This document shows positions 1 to 11,168 of a stretch of DNA of 64,000 nt, piece by piece. A model generated the notes under the pieces. The model made no database searches. It was given only the letters and a program-made list of their open reading frames with translations, and was not told the DNA's origin. The position numbers and the translations under genes are program-made. Each line of letters opens with the position of its first letter. Position 1 is the first letter of the stretch. The stretch spans positions 1,488,001-1,552,000 of the forward strand of contig CM076001.1 of NCBI GenBank assembly GCA_038087875.1, written 5' to 3'. This DNA is from Malacoraja senta (Eukaryota).

Positions 1-262
1 AGCCTGTGCTTTATCACCACGTAGCTTTTCATCTCTGTGCATGAATCTGGCGCACGCGTCCGGCCTTTGGTTAATGGCAACGAAGAGGTGTCTCAAGAAC
101 TTCAACAACTGCTGCTGTTCGGAGTGGCGCTCCGCATCGTCGCCCTGCTGCACCACAGCGGCAACAGGTAGAGGTAGAAACATAGAAACATACTAAAACT
201 GGTGCATGACTAGGCCATTCGGTCCTTCGAGCCAGCACCACCATTCAACATGATCATGTCAT

Positions 263-660
263 ATGCTGAGAGAATGGAGCGGCTGGGCTTGTATACTCTG
301 GAGTTCAGAATGATGAGAGGGAATCCTATTGAAAAATATAAGATTATTAAGGGTTTGGACAGTCTAGAGCCAGGAAACATGTCCCGAAGTTGGGGGAGTC
401 CAGAACCAGGGGCCACAGTTTAAGAATAAGGGGTAAGCTATTTAGAACGGAGACGAGGAAACACTTTTTCTCACAGAGAGTTGTGAGTCTGTGGAATTCT
501 CTGCCTCAGAGGGCGATGGAGACCGGTTCTCTGGATAGCGGAGTCAGGGGATATGGGGAGAAGGCATGAACGGGTACTGATTGGGGATAATCTGCCATGA
601 TCACATTGAATAGCGGTGCTGGCTCGAAGGGTCGAATGGCCTACTCCTGCACCTATTGTC
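263..660 (+). mobile_element. CR1-clade LINE 3' end fragment
   Basis: Encodes RMERLGLYTLEFR..RG-like CR1 ORF2 C-terminus; 3' UTR motif gaatggcctactcctgcacct followed by ctattgt tail. Confidence 0.85.
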
Positions 661-759
661 TTTTTCTGTTGTCTATAATTTTATATGTTTCTATTAGATC
701 CGCTCTCATCCTTCTAAATTCCAGCGAATAGAAGCCCAGTCGACCCATTGTAGACATAG

Positions 760-1330
760 ACATAGACATAGAAAATAGGTGCAGGTGTAGGCCATTCGGC
801 CCTTCGAGCGTGCGCCGCCATTCAATATGATCATGGCTGATCATCCAACTCAGTATCCTGTACCTACTTTCTCTCCATACCCCCCTGATCCCTTTAGCCA
901 CAAGGGCCACATCTAACTCCCTCTTAAATATAACCAATGAACTGGCCTCAACTACATTCTGTGGCAGAGAATTCCAGAGATTCACCACTCTCTGTGTAAA
1001 AAATGTTTTTCTCATCTCAGTCCTAAAAGATTTCCCCTTTATCCTTAAACTGTGACCCCTTGTTCTGGACTCCCGCAACATCGGGAACAATCTTCCTGCA
1101 TCTAGCCTGTCCAACCCCTTAAGAATTTTGTAAGTTTCTATAAGATCCCCCCTCAGTCTTCTAAATTCCAGCGAGTACAAGCCGAGTCTATCCAGTCTTT
1201 CTTCGTACGTCAGTCCCGCCATCTCGGGAATTAACCCAGTGAACCTACGCTGCACTCCCTCAATAGCAATAATGTCCTTCCTCAACTTAGGAGACCAAAA
1301 TTGCACAGAATATTCCTGGTGCGATCTAAA
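760..1330 (-). mobile_element. CR1 LINE 3' end, young subfamily
   Basis: ORF 653..1345: [23 protein letters not shown]...[18 protein letters not shown]; (atagac)n tail. Confidence 0.92.
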
Positions 1331-1634
1331 AGACTTGGGAGACAACGCAGTCAGTGTCTGCGGACATCACTTAACGATTCTGCGCAAACGGGACTTCTGT
1401 CGCGTGTGTTGTTGACTAATCGCTCTCGTTTGGGCTCCTTCTTACATTAAATTGCAGCTGATGATCTTGAGAAGCAATACTTTATATTTTTCTATTTGAT
1501 AGGGCGTCTATGAAAAGCTATTGTTTTAAAATAACATTATTATTTCCACTCCATGCGCTCATAAAATCAGAAGACCATAGGTGATAGGAGCAGTATTAGG
1601 CCATTCGGCCTATCAAATCTACTCCGACATTCAA

Positions 1635-2100
1635 TACAATACAATAAAATAATACTTTATTAGCGAAGTATTGTTTGCAACATGCCAGGAATTTCATTTG
1701 TCAAGTCAGTCATACAAATAATATAAAAAGCAACACAACAAACCAAATACATTTTAACATCAACATCCATCACAGTGACACTTCCACATTCCTCATTGTA
1801 ATGAAGGTAAAACCAAAAGTTAAATCTCTTCTCTTCTTTGTCCTCCAGCGGTCGGGGGCCTCTAACCGTTGATGGGAAGATCTTACTCCTATAGCTGGCG
1901 GCGGGCCTTCCTCGTCGGGCCGATCAGCTCCTGCATCGGTGGGGAATCTCAGGTACCCCGCGCCGGCGCTCTGACCTCGGGTCTAGGTTTGTCGAACGTT
2001 GTGCGGCTTCCGGAGCTTCCTGACTCGGTCTCTCCAGAGACTGCGAGTCCTTGATATTAAAGTCTGCAGGCCGCGGTTGGAGCGTCGATCCAAGGCAATC
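1635..2100. repeat. Unclassified interspersed repeat; related copies near 16540-17000 and 62330-62520
   Basis: Shared blocks acatcca.cacagtga, cctca.tgt.atg.a.gg.aaa and gatattaaagtc recur at the other sites, each beside a short tandem tail. Confidence 0.55.
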
Positions 2101-2299
2101 CCTCTAAACTCCAGCGAGTACAGACCCGTGCCGTTAACCGCTGATTATATGTTCACCCATTCCTCCCCTCCCTCTCCAGGGCCAGCACAGCCCTCATCAG
2201 ATGTGTTGCCCAAACCTTCTCACAATATCTCACTCGCATTTCCCAGGACATATCTCGATTTCCACGTTACAAAGCACAACTGCTTTAATATTACGTGTA

Positions 2300-2430
2300 G
2301 GAAATAACTGCAAATGCTGATGTAAATCGAAGGTAGACACAATATGCTGGAATAACTCGGCGGGCCAGGCAGCATCTCCGGGGAGAAGGAATGGGTGACG
2401 TTTCGGGTCGAGACCCTTCTTCGGTCTCTA
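2300..2430. mobile_element. Penelope-like terminal repeat fragment with degenerate hammerhead motif
   Basis: atgctggaataactcggcgggccaggcagcatc plus ggtgacgtttcgggtcgagacccttcttcgg (minus strand CCGAAGA..GAAACGTC). Confidence 0.65.
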
Positions 2431-3039
2431 GACTCTTCAGGTATGAATAATGTTTTTCCGATCAGTTTCCCGAAAACGTCGGTAACCTGAGCATTCTGGG
2501 ACTTTCGGCCCGTCAGGCTGGTCCGCATTTCTATTTGATCACGGCCGATATCCCCCTTCTTCCACGTATCACTGGATCCCCCGAGCCCCAGGAACAGCAT
2601 GTATATCCGTTTGAACATACTAAATGGTACGTTCTTCAGTTTGTATCCATATTCGTACCAATTTATCATCTACATTGGCCTTGACTATCGGAATAACACT
2701 ATAAAATTATTGTTGGGAAACTGAGAAAACTGCAGATGCTGGATTACAAAAAAATAATGCACAGAATGCTGGAGTAACTCAACGGGTCAGGCAGAATATC
2801 TGGAGAACATGGATGTGGTTTCAGTTCGGGGCTGTTCTTCTGACTGATTGTGGTGAGGGGGAGAGGAGAACAGTCGAAGGAGAGGAGGGTTAGGGTAAAG
2901 CCTGGCCATATTTAAGGGGACACAGGAGAGAATGGGGGTTGATAGGCAACTGGTTGGATAAAGCCCAGAGATACACAATAGACAATAGACAATAGACAAT
3001 AGGTGCAGGAACAGGCCATTTGGCCATTCGAGCCTTATT

Positions 3040-3330
3040 TTTTTCGGACTGGTTGCCTGCGACTAGTTGTGTGCCTCAAGGATCAGTTCTGGGCCCATTG
3101 CTGTTTGACATTTATATCGACGTTTTGGATGAGAATGTAGAAGGCATGGATAGAACGTTGAAAGATGACACCACGGTAGGTGGAGTCGTAGAGAGCGAAG
3201 ATAATTATCTAAAGCCACCGGAGGATCTTGATCAGTTCAACAAGTGTGCCTAGCAATGGTTGTTGAATTTTAATGAAGATAAGTGAGAGGTTTTCTTTTT
3301 TGGGAAGTCAAACAGGGCAGGACCTTTACG
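3040..3330 (+). mobile_element. CR1-clade reverse transcriptase fragment
   Basis: ORF 3020..3253: [18 protein letters not shown]...LKDDTTVGG (RT motifs B and C, degenerate). Confidence 0.85.
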
Positions 3331-3382
3331 GCGAATAACAGTGCCGTGGAGAGCACTGCGGGGCCACGGACTCCAACTTCCC

Positions 3383-3391
3383 GTCACGTCA
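3383..3391 (+). promoter_or_regulatory. CRE/ATF-like element upstream of a putative orphan leader
   Basis: GTCACGTCA 36 nt before the ATG at 3419, a spacing similar to GTCACGTAA before the NAR-TCR leader. Confidence 0.4.
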
Positions 3392-3418
3392 ACTATATTC
3401 CCTGAAAGAAAGTTGGAA

Positions 3419-3455
3419 ATGCTGCTTTCCTTCTTATGTTGTGCATGTTTATTCC
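3419..3455 (+). CDS. Putative orphan antigen-receptor leader exon (MLLSFLCCACLF)
   Basis: ATG, 12 hydrophobic codons, then phase-1 donor c|GTAAGT; no intact V exon follows. Confidence 0.45.
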
Positions 3456-4569
3456 GTAAGTACCTTTAAGACAAAAGTTAGGTGAACGAAAGACAGCTTT
3501 GTTTTCCACATGTTCTGTAATTTGTCGGTAATATTCACAACGTTCGTGAAATTTCCGACAAGTCCGGGAGTAATGCTTACAATCGGCCTGGCGACTGGAT
3601 CTCCTAACAACCATGGACTCCTCGAGTGCAGTCTGTTTTGAGTTGTGTGTACTTGCTGAGGACTTCAATCTGGAAAATCAGTTAGGGCAGGATATTTAAC
3701 ATGTGCGACATTGTGTTTTTATTCTTAGCAGATCATTCAATCTGCTGTCTACCGTGGTCGTCTCCCGAAACCTTGCTGGTTTCAATCACAATCACAGCCA
3801 ATGGGGGCTGTGAACTAAAGGACCCATTGTGGAAAAAATCCGTTGTTGCAACAACACGATGCAGCGCTTAAAGGCCTTGGTTTGGCCGCATTTGTAGCGT
3901 TGCCTACAGTTCCCATCGCATTATTGATGGAAAAGCGTGGAGGTTTAGGTTAGGACGCAGGCAAGGATTACCAGAATACTAGTTGGAAGGAACTGAAGCT
4001 GCTGGTTTAAACCGAAGATTGAGTATCTCTAGCCCTATACCCAGAATACTACTTGGATTAAAGGGTGCTAGCTTTCATGATAGTTGGGGCAGAGTTGGCT
4101 TGTTTCCCATGGATTGTTAGGGACTCCGATCTGATTAAAGTATATGAACTTATGAGAGATATGGAAAGTGTAGGCATTCAGAACGGTTTTTTCTTTCCCA
4201 CGGTAGAATTATTAAAGACTAGATGCCCTAACATTAAGGTGAAGGGGGCAACACGCAAACGATATGTACGGGTTATCTACGGAGAGAGCGGTAACTACAT
4301 GGGACCTGCTGCCGGGGATGGTGATGGAGGCGATACGACAGTGGCTTTTTAGAGGCTTTGAGATAAACACACGGACATGCACGGAAAGGAGAGATATGAG
4401 TGATTTACAGGAGATACGATCAGTTCAGCTTTGCGTCGTGTTCGGCACAGACATTGTTGGCTGAACGGCTTGTTCCGATTCTGCCCGTATCTCTGTTCTA
4501 TGTTATCCTTCGCAGCTGATCTTTTCTGAAACAAGGAGCAACATTATGTAAAAGTCTGTTTGTCCGCAT

Positions 4570-5560
4570 GTCGAAACGTTCTATTTGTTCGGTGTAACTT
4601 GAACTTGATCTTAATTTCAACTGTTTCTGCCTTCAAGGCACCCACATTTGCCTTTACTAATCTTTTTCTCTTAACATACCTAAATAAGCTTTACTGCCCT
4701 TTAAATACCTGGCGAACTTACGTTCGTTCTTCATCTTTTCACCCCGTATTGCCCTTTGTGTTACATTCTGATGTCCTTTGAAAGTTTCCCAATCCTCCGG
4801 CTTCGCACCACTCTTTTCTATGTTATACATCTTTTCTTTTATTTTTATACCGTCCCCAACTTCCTTTGTCATCCATGGTTGCCTCTTACTCCCCTTAGAT
4901 TTTTTCTTTATCCTTGGAGTGAAATGATCCTGCATCTTCTGTATTAGGCCCAGAAATTCCTGCCATTGTTGTTCCTCCGTCATTCCTGCTAGGATCATTT
5001 TCCAGCGACCTTGGCCCGCTCTTCTCTCATCCCGTTATAGTCCGTTTTGTTCAACTGCAACACTGACACTTCTGATTCAACCTTCTCCCTCTCAAATTGC
5101 AGATTGAAACTTATCATATTATGGTCACACCCTCCCAGCGATTCCTTTACCTTGAGTTCCCTTACTAAATCTGTTCCATTAAACATCACTAAATCCAGAG
5201 TTGCCTTCTCTCTGGTAATTTCCAATACAAGCTGCTTGAAGAATCCGTCTCAGAGGCACTCTACAAACTCGGTTTCTTGGGTTCCTGACCCAACCTGATT
5301 TCTCCAGTCAACGTGCATTTTGAAAACTCCCTAATAACAGTGGCATTACATTTGTTACATGGCAATTTTAACTCCTGCTGCAACTTGCACGCTATGTCCA
5401 GGCCACGTTTTGGGGGCCTGCAGATAATTTCGATTGTCGTCTTACCTTTACAATTCCTCAATTTAATCCACAGCGACTTTACATCGTCAGTCCCTCTGTT
5501 ACCCCTCCGAATTGACTGAATTTCATCCCTCACCAACAGAACTACCCCACCTCATCTGCG
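4570..5560 (-). mobile_element. CR1 LINE ORF2 endonuclease/linker fragment, frameshifted
   Basis: ORFs 5261..5536, 4995..5225, 4657..4998: LWIKLRNCKGK, REKATLDLV, LGGCDHNMISF, QPWMTKEV. Confidence 0.9.
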
Positions 5561-5803
5561 ACCTGCCTTGATCATAATGAATTGCCGTGCTGGATCGAAG
5601 GGAGAGTGGCTTACTCCTACACCTATTTTCTATGTTTCTATGTTTCCCCATCCCTGCAGGTGAATGAATTAATTACAATCTGTGCGTTCCCTTTCACCGG
5701 CTCGTTGACATTCGGAGGGAACCCGGTACCCAGCCCGACTATCGTCGATCTTATAAGCCGCGGTGCAGCAATTCCCGCTATCTTTGGCCGTGCAGCCTCT
5801 CAT

Positions 5804-5845
5804 CAAACAAACAAACAAACAAACAAACAAACAAACAAACAAACA
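5804..5845. repeat. (CAAA)n microsatellite
   Basis: About 10 perfect tetranucleotide units. Confidence 0.95.
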
Positions 5846-6558
5846 TACCTTGCATCGGCCTTCCTCCATTATTGCGGAGTTGCACAGAGGAGCAACAGCC
5901 TCTGGTGACAAAACACCTCCCCCATCCGTTCAGTATAGTTTATTGTCACGTATACCAAGGTACAGAGAGAAACTTTGTTGCGTACTAACCATTCAGCGCA
6001 GAGACAATACATGGTAACAATCGAGCCATTCACAGTGTACAGATACATGCGCAGGGAATACAGTTTAGTGCAAGATAAAGCCAGCAAAGTTCGATAAGGT
6101 TAGTCCGATGGTCAGCGATGAGGCAGATAGTATGGCAGGACTGCTCTCTGGTGGTGGTAGGATGGTTCAGTTGCCTGATAAGCGCTGGGAAGAATCTGTC
6201 CCTGAATCTGGAGGTTTGAGTTTACACACTTCTATATCTTCTGTCTGATTGGAGAGGGAACTGTGCCTTCACCCCAACTACTACCCCCATATGATCAGTT
6301 GCCTGAATGGTTGAAATGGTCTACCGAACGTCAGAGAAACGTCAGAGACACATCAGATGCTTCACATCAGATTCCAGGCCACGAAACAAACCAGCAGATT
6401 TGACGATCCCCTTCTCAAACTATCACTCTCCTCGCACATCGATTTTCAAAAATTCCCAGAGCACCGCCCGCAACGAAACGAAAAGGCCAGCTGAGGTTCC
6501 CGCTCAGTTCGTCTGGACAGGTGCAGGATCAGTCGGGGGACCTGGGCTCCAGCCTCTC

Positions 6559-6567
6559 GTCACGTAA
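6559..6567 (+). promoter_or_regulatory. CRE/ATF-like element in NAR-TCR V promoter
   Basis: GTCACGTAA 33 nt upstream of the leader ATG; CRE-like motifs are typical of TCR V promoters. Confidence 0.45.
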
Positions 6568-6591
6568 ACCATTTTTCCCGGAGAACGCGCG

Positions 6592-6634
6592 ATGGGAATC
6601 GTCCTGTTTTTTGTGTTGTCACTCTGCTTACGCC
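6592..6634 (+). CDS. NAR-TCR V leader exon (MGIVLFFVLSLCLR)
   Basis: Hydrophobic signal peptide with phase-1 donor c|GTGAGT at 6635, in frame with acceptor ctacAG|ac at 6788/6789. Confidence 0.88.
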
Positions 6635-6788
6635 GTGAGTACCAGTCCCCTACTCCCACACAGTGCGGGTTGAACATAAAACAACTCGAGTCCACTCCGA
6701 CCTGAATTTCCAACTCTGTCCGCGATTTATCCTTCTTCCGTGGTTCGCCTCGAATTCCCACTCACCTCACCCTGTGTTTCATCTACAG

Positions 6789-7081
6789 ACACCCTCAGTC
6801 AGTCAGTGACCCAGAGCCCGAATGCGGTGACTGGAAAAGAGTGTCAACCCGTCACCATCACCTGCCGTTTTCAAGAAGGTTCCACTGGCATCTACGAATT
6901 TAATGTAGGACGTTTCTTCAAGCAAGCACAAACCGGTGCTGAACGGCAGCGGATCACAACAGGTGGAGGGGTCGTTGTGTCGACCAATAAAGCGGAAAAG
7001 ACCTTTACGTTGAAAATTCGTGGTTTGAGAGTTGAGGACATGGCCATATATCACTGTCAAGCTGAGTACAGATGGAGAATA
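6789..7081 (+). CDS. IgNAR-like V gene segment (NAR-TCR V)
   Basis: QSVTQSP..GKECQPVTITC...GGGVVVSTNKAEKTFTLKIRGLRVEDMAIYHC. VNAR-type short CDR2 region, extra FR1 Cys at 6842-6844, open frame up to the RSS. Confidence 0.9.
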
Positions 7082-7119
7082 CACAGTGATGGGCCTGCGG
7101 TTCCAGCAATACAAAAACC
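7082..7119 (+). other. V recombination signal, 23-type (22-nt spacer)
   Basis: Consensus CACAGTG + 22 nt + consensus ACAAAAACC. Confidence 0.97.
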
Positions 7120-7441
7120 CTGACGGCAGATTCTAGTACAAACGTGAAGACGCGAGGTGAATCCACCGGGTAACCCACGGTCTCGCTTTGTCTCGGCTGC
7201 CCTGCATTTTAGGTTGTAACGGATGAAATGCGTGCTATTCAACAATGGGGTTTCCCTATTTGGCGAGTGCGGCTGGATAATGCCCCCTTTACCGAAAACG
7301 GTGTAACCGAACTACCATCGAGAATGACTTACCGCTCTTCTAAGGCACAACTCCAGACGGGATCTAGTTACAGAAGCTGCCATCCGAAAAATGCATTCGC
7401 TGAACGTTAATCTCCTGCCCGCCCGTCTCGCCGGACGCCTG

Positions 7442-7470
7442 GGGATTTGTAACTGACGTGAAACAACGTG
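7442..7470 (-). other. D 5' RSS, 12-type (13-nt spacer, atypical)
   Basis: + strand gggatttgt + 13 nt + caacgtg, i.e. CACGTTG / ACAAATCCC on the minus strand. Confidence 0.55.
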
Positions 7471-7484
7471 TGGCAATGGGTATC
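7471..7484 (+). CDS. NAR-TCR D segment (tggcaatgggtatc)
   Basis: Flanked by RSSs on both sides, midway between V and J; open in all three frames (WQWV / GNGY / AMGI). Confidence 0.75.
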
Positions 7485-7512
7485 CACAGTGGAAGAGAGT
7501 CGAGTAAAAACT
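7485..7512 (+). other. D 3' RSS, 12-nt spacer
   Basis: CACAGTG + gaagagagtcga + GTAAAAACT. Confidence 0.85.
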
Positions 7513-7812
7513 CACCCCATTCAAGATATATGTCCTTGGGTTCCGGAACCAAAATCAAACGATTGTTGTTCGTGACGCTGTAGTCCAGTTAAATTGCATA
7601 GGGATTACCACATTCCGTTAACATTCCTTAATAATTGGTTCCGTGTTTGTAAAAGCACACCAGGAGCTCACTCTGCTCTTAGCTCTGTTTTTTAGCGGGA
7701 GCCGGTCGACCCACCGAGGATTGGGGAGCAAGGACAATTACTGGTTGGTCTGAAACTCCTGGAATAATTGGACAGCGATTCTTATGGTTGCCGGGCAAAT
7801 CGTGGTGAGAAC

Positions 7813-7851
7813 TGTTCTTGTACTGCGAGCATCGAGAGACGGGGCACTGTG
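7813..7851 (-). other. J RSS, 23-nt spacer
   Basis: + strand tgttcttgt + 23 nt + CACTGTG. Confidence 0.92.
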
Positions 7852-7909
7852 TCTTCATGGACCACTTACTATCAGGATGGGACGGGGACTACGGTGACTT
7901 TCACAGCCG
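7852..7909 (+). CDS. NAR-TCR J segment (SSWTTYYQDGTGTTVTFTA)
   Basis: xGxG-TxVT J motif, preceded by a 23-RSS and followed by phase-1 donor g|GTAAGT at 7910. Confidence 0.92.
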
Positions 7910-8479
7910 GTAAGTACCGTAAACCTCTCTTATCCATGGCTATTCTTGTAAATATTCAGTTCCCTTTAATATTGGATCATGAGGCATCAATTGGTTTCCA
8001 ATTGAAACAGATTCTATTGATAAAGTGTTCCAGCAACTTGGTCCAGATGTTACGGTACACGTGAGTCCAAGGAGAGGATATGTCGGGCTCCCCGGGAGCA
8101 CAAGGTTAATCAGGTTCAAGAATAGCTACTTCCCCAAAACCACCAAGATCGGGAACACCACACAGTGCTAACCACTCCTATGAATTTCTACGCAGACACA
8201 AGTAAATGCGGACGCTGAAATCGGAATCTGATGTCTAGATACCAAATATCGGCTATCAATGTTCTCCTGAAATGCTGCCAGACCCGCGCAGTTAATGCTA
8301 CCACCAAACCGCCGGCTTGCTCCAAAACACTATGCGAATTCACCCTCTTGGTCTACAAGTTACTGCAACACTTTGTGTTCATAAACATTTCATAATTGTC
8401 TCTGGTTATACAAAGGATTTGTTTTTTTTGTTGCTCTAGGATTGTGGCCATTCAATTATTGAGTTAGTTTGTGTATCAT

Positions 8480-8860
8480 ACATTATGAGAGGAACGGGGT
8501 GATCGTACGGAAGTGTATAAAATCAAGGGAAGAATAGATCGGGTAGATACGCAGAGTCTCTTGTGCAGAGTAGGTGAGTCGAGGAACGGAGGACACAGGT
8601 TTAAGCTGAAGGGGAAGATTAATACGATTTGAGCGGTAACGTTTTCACACGGAGGGTAGTGGGTGTTGCCAGAACAAGTTGCCAGAGTAAATAGTTGAAG
8701 CTGGCACTAACCCACTGTTTAAGAATCAGTTAGACTATACATGGACAGGACCAAACGCGGGCAGGTGGCACAAATGTAGCTTTGACATGTTGGCCGGTGT
8801 GGGCAACGTGGGCCGACGAGCCTGTTTCCGCGTTATATCGCTACATGACTCTATGACTCT
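8480..8860 (+). mobile_element. Degenerate CR1-clade LINE 3' end
   Basis: gaggaacggaggacacaggtttaag...gggccgacgagcctgtttccgcg...(atgactct)n tail. Confidence 0.7.
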
Positions 8861-10744
8861 GTTATCTGATAAAGCATATTGCATTTCTAGGCCTGTGTGC
8901 ATCTACAAGTAAGAATGTCATGTTCCGTTGTCGGAACAGAATACATTTGAACACCCTGGAATCGTTACTGTTGATTCTAACGGGCAATGACTGTTGGCCG
9001 TAACAGCTATGCCCACATCCAAAACAAAGACAAAGACGATAAGGTATATAAGCAGAGTTAGGCCATTTGCCCAAATTGAAAGCCGCCGTTGGAAGTGAAA
9101 ACGAAAAATGCGTGGGTGAAGTCTGCGATATGTAGCAAGGATCAATTCAGAGAAAAGAGGGAAAGTATCCGAGTTTGGAGCGTGAGGACGAAATGCCGAT
9201 GACAATGCTGCTCAAATCTCAATCAGAGTGATCAGAGTGATCAGAACTGATCCTTCTCAAGTCCAGCGAGTGTAGGCTTGGAGTTAGCAAACGCTTCTTA
9301 TGCGCGACCGAATGATCCCCCAAATAATTCGCGTAAACCTCCGCTTGGCAATCTCCAAAGCCACCATATCCTTCCTTAGATACGGGACCCAAAACTGCTC
9401 GCGATATTCCAAATGTGATCACATCAGTGCCTAAAAAAACATCTACGATTTACATTTTAGATTCCTGTTTTTATATTCAAGTCATCTCGAGATTAATGCT
9501 AACATTTAATTTGTCTCCCTGAACGACGATTCGCTCTGCAAATTCACATTTTGGAATTCCCGCACCAACATTCCCAAGTCCCTTTGCACCTCCATTTCTG
9601 AATCCTCTCCCCATTTAGAAAATAGTCGACGTCGTCATTCCTTCCGCCAAAGTGCATGTCCGTATAGTGTGCTGTGTCGTATTTCATCTGCCACTTATTT
9701 GCCCCCTCTTCCAACCTGTTCAAATAACTCTGGAGACTCCATGCTTACTCAACACTACCTGCCACTTCACCTATTTTGGCATCGTCCACGATATCAGCCG
9801 CAAAGCCATCAATTCCCTCACCCAGATCGTAAACATACAACGGAAAAAGGAGTGGACCCAACATTGACCCATTAGTCACAGGCAGCAAGCGGAAAAGATC
9901 ACTTTTATTCCAATATTTTGCCCTGCAACGGACAGCCTATCCTCTATCCACACTGATACCTTATCTCTAACACCGATACTCCTGTCTTAATTAGCCGCTT
10001 CGCGTCCTGCACCGTTTAATATGCATCAGAAATTTTAAGTCAGCAGCATTTGTGACTTTACTTTGCCCATCCTGCTTGTTACGTTCACAAATAATTTCAA
10101 CAGTTTTGTCAGGCAAAAGCCCCCACCAGCTGACTTCGCCGATTTTATCATGTGCTTCAAGGTAACTGGAACCTCATTTTTACTAATGGTCTCTAAAATC
10201 TTACCAACTATTGAAGTCGTGCTAACCACCTTATCATGACAACGGGCTTATATAATTTCCCATACAATTTATGGGATTGATCCACGACCGCTGCGTGCGT
10301 AAGCCTGGGAAACAATCTATTTCTTATTTCCAGGAAACAGAGGGAGGTTTTGCAGGAGAGTAGATGGGCTGCGAGTGAAGCTGGACCCTCTGTAAACATT
10401 CCACAAACTGTAATCAAACGACAGCTGGCAGACCTGTTGAAACGGTTCTCGGGAGATGAAAATATGAACCGCAAGCAGCAAAAAGCGGGCGAACAAGATT
10501 GAAAACCAAAACTGTTCTTCAATGAAATGAAAGTAAAACGCAGACGGACGTGGCCCAGTGAAGAAAAAACAACAACTCTTAATACATAAAGGGCAAAGTA
10601 TTTATCCCGGGTTGTGTATATTGCACTTAAAAGATGACCTTCCAGTTGCTAAACACAGAAGGCTGTGGAGGCCAAGTCAGGGGCGAAAATAAGGCAGCGA
10701 TAGATAGATTTTTGATTAGTCGAGGCGTCAGAGGTTATTGTTAT

Positions 10745-11000
10745 TGCGGAGATTTTCTGCTTGGGTTTTAATCCGAGATCTAGGGTTTCTTCCCGCACTC
10801 CAAATACGGAGAGTTTTGAAGGGCAATTGGCTTTCTATAACTGTAAATTATCCATCTTGTGTGTGGGATAGTGTTAATGTGCGGGGATTGCAGGGCGGCG
10901 CGGACTTGGTGGGCCGAAGGGCCCGTTTCCGCGCTGTGTCCCTAAACTAAACTAAACTGAACTAAACTGAACTAAACTGAACTAAAGTATACTAACCTAA
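10745..11000 (+). mobile_element. HE1-like SINE, 5'-truncated, (CTAAA)n tail
   Basis: Matches the 3' half of the fuller copy at 38846-39142 (gtgggccgaagggcc.gtttccgcgctgt..ctaaactaaac). Confidence 0.75.
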
Positions 11001-11168
11001 ACGAAATTAAAACTCAACTCGTCGCAGGAACAATTACAAGATTCATAAATAACGTTTCCATACATTTTGCAACCATTTGATGAACTACCGGGAACCAGTT
11101 TCTGTGCATGTCACCGTCGCCAACAGTCAATGTTAAAACAATAACAATTCCCTTGTTATTTTCTGCAG

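Noticed and set aside
1771-1777. CACAGTG heptamers here and at 62463-62469
   Set aside because: Both are part of an interspersed repeat and lack nonamers.
7209-7280. Possible additional D segment between the V and the called D
   Set aside because: Candidate 5' signal has a 10-nt spacer and poor heptamer; the 3' aacaatg lacks CAC and has no nonamer at 12 or 23 nt.
8161-8167. Perfect CACAGTG downstream of the J
   Set aside because: No nonamer-like sequence at 12 or 23 nt.
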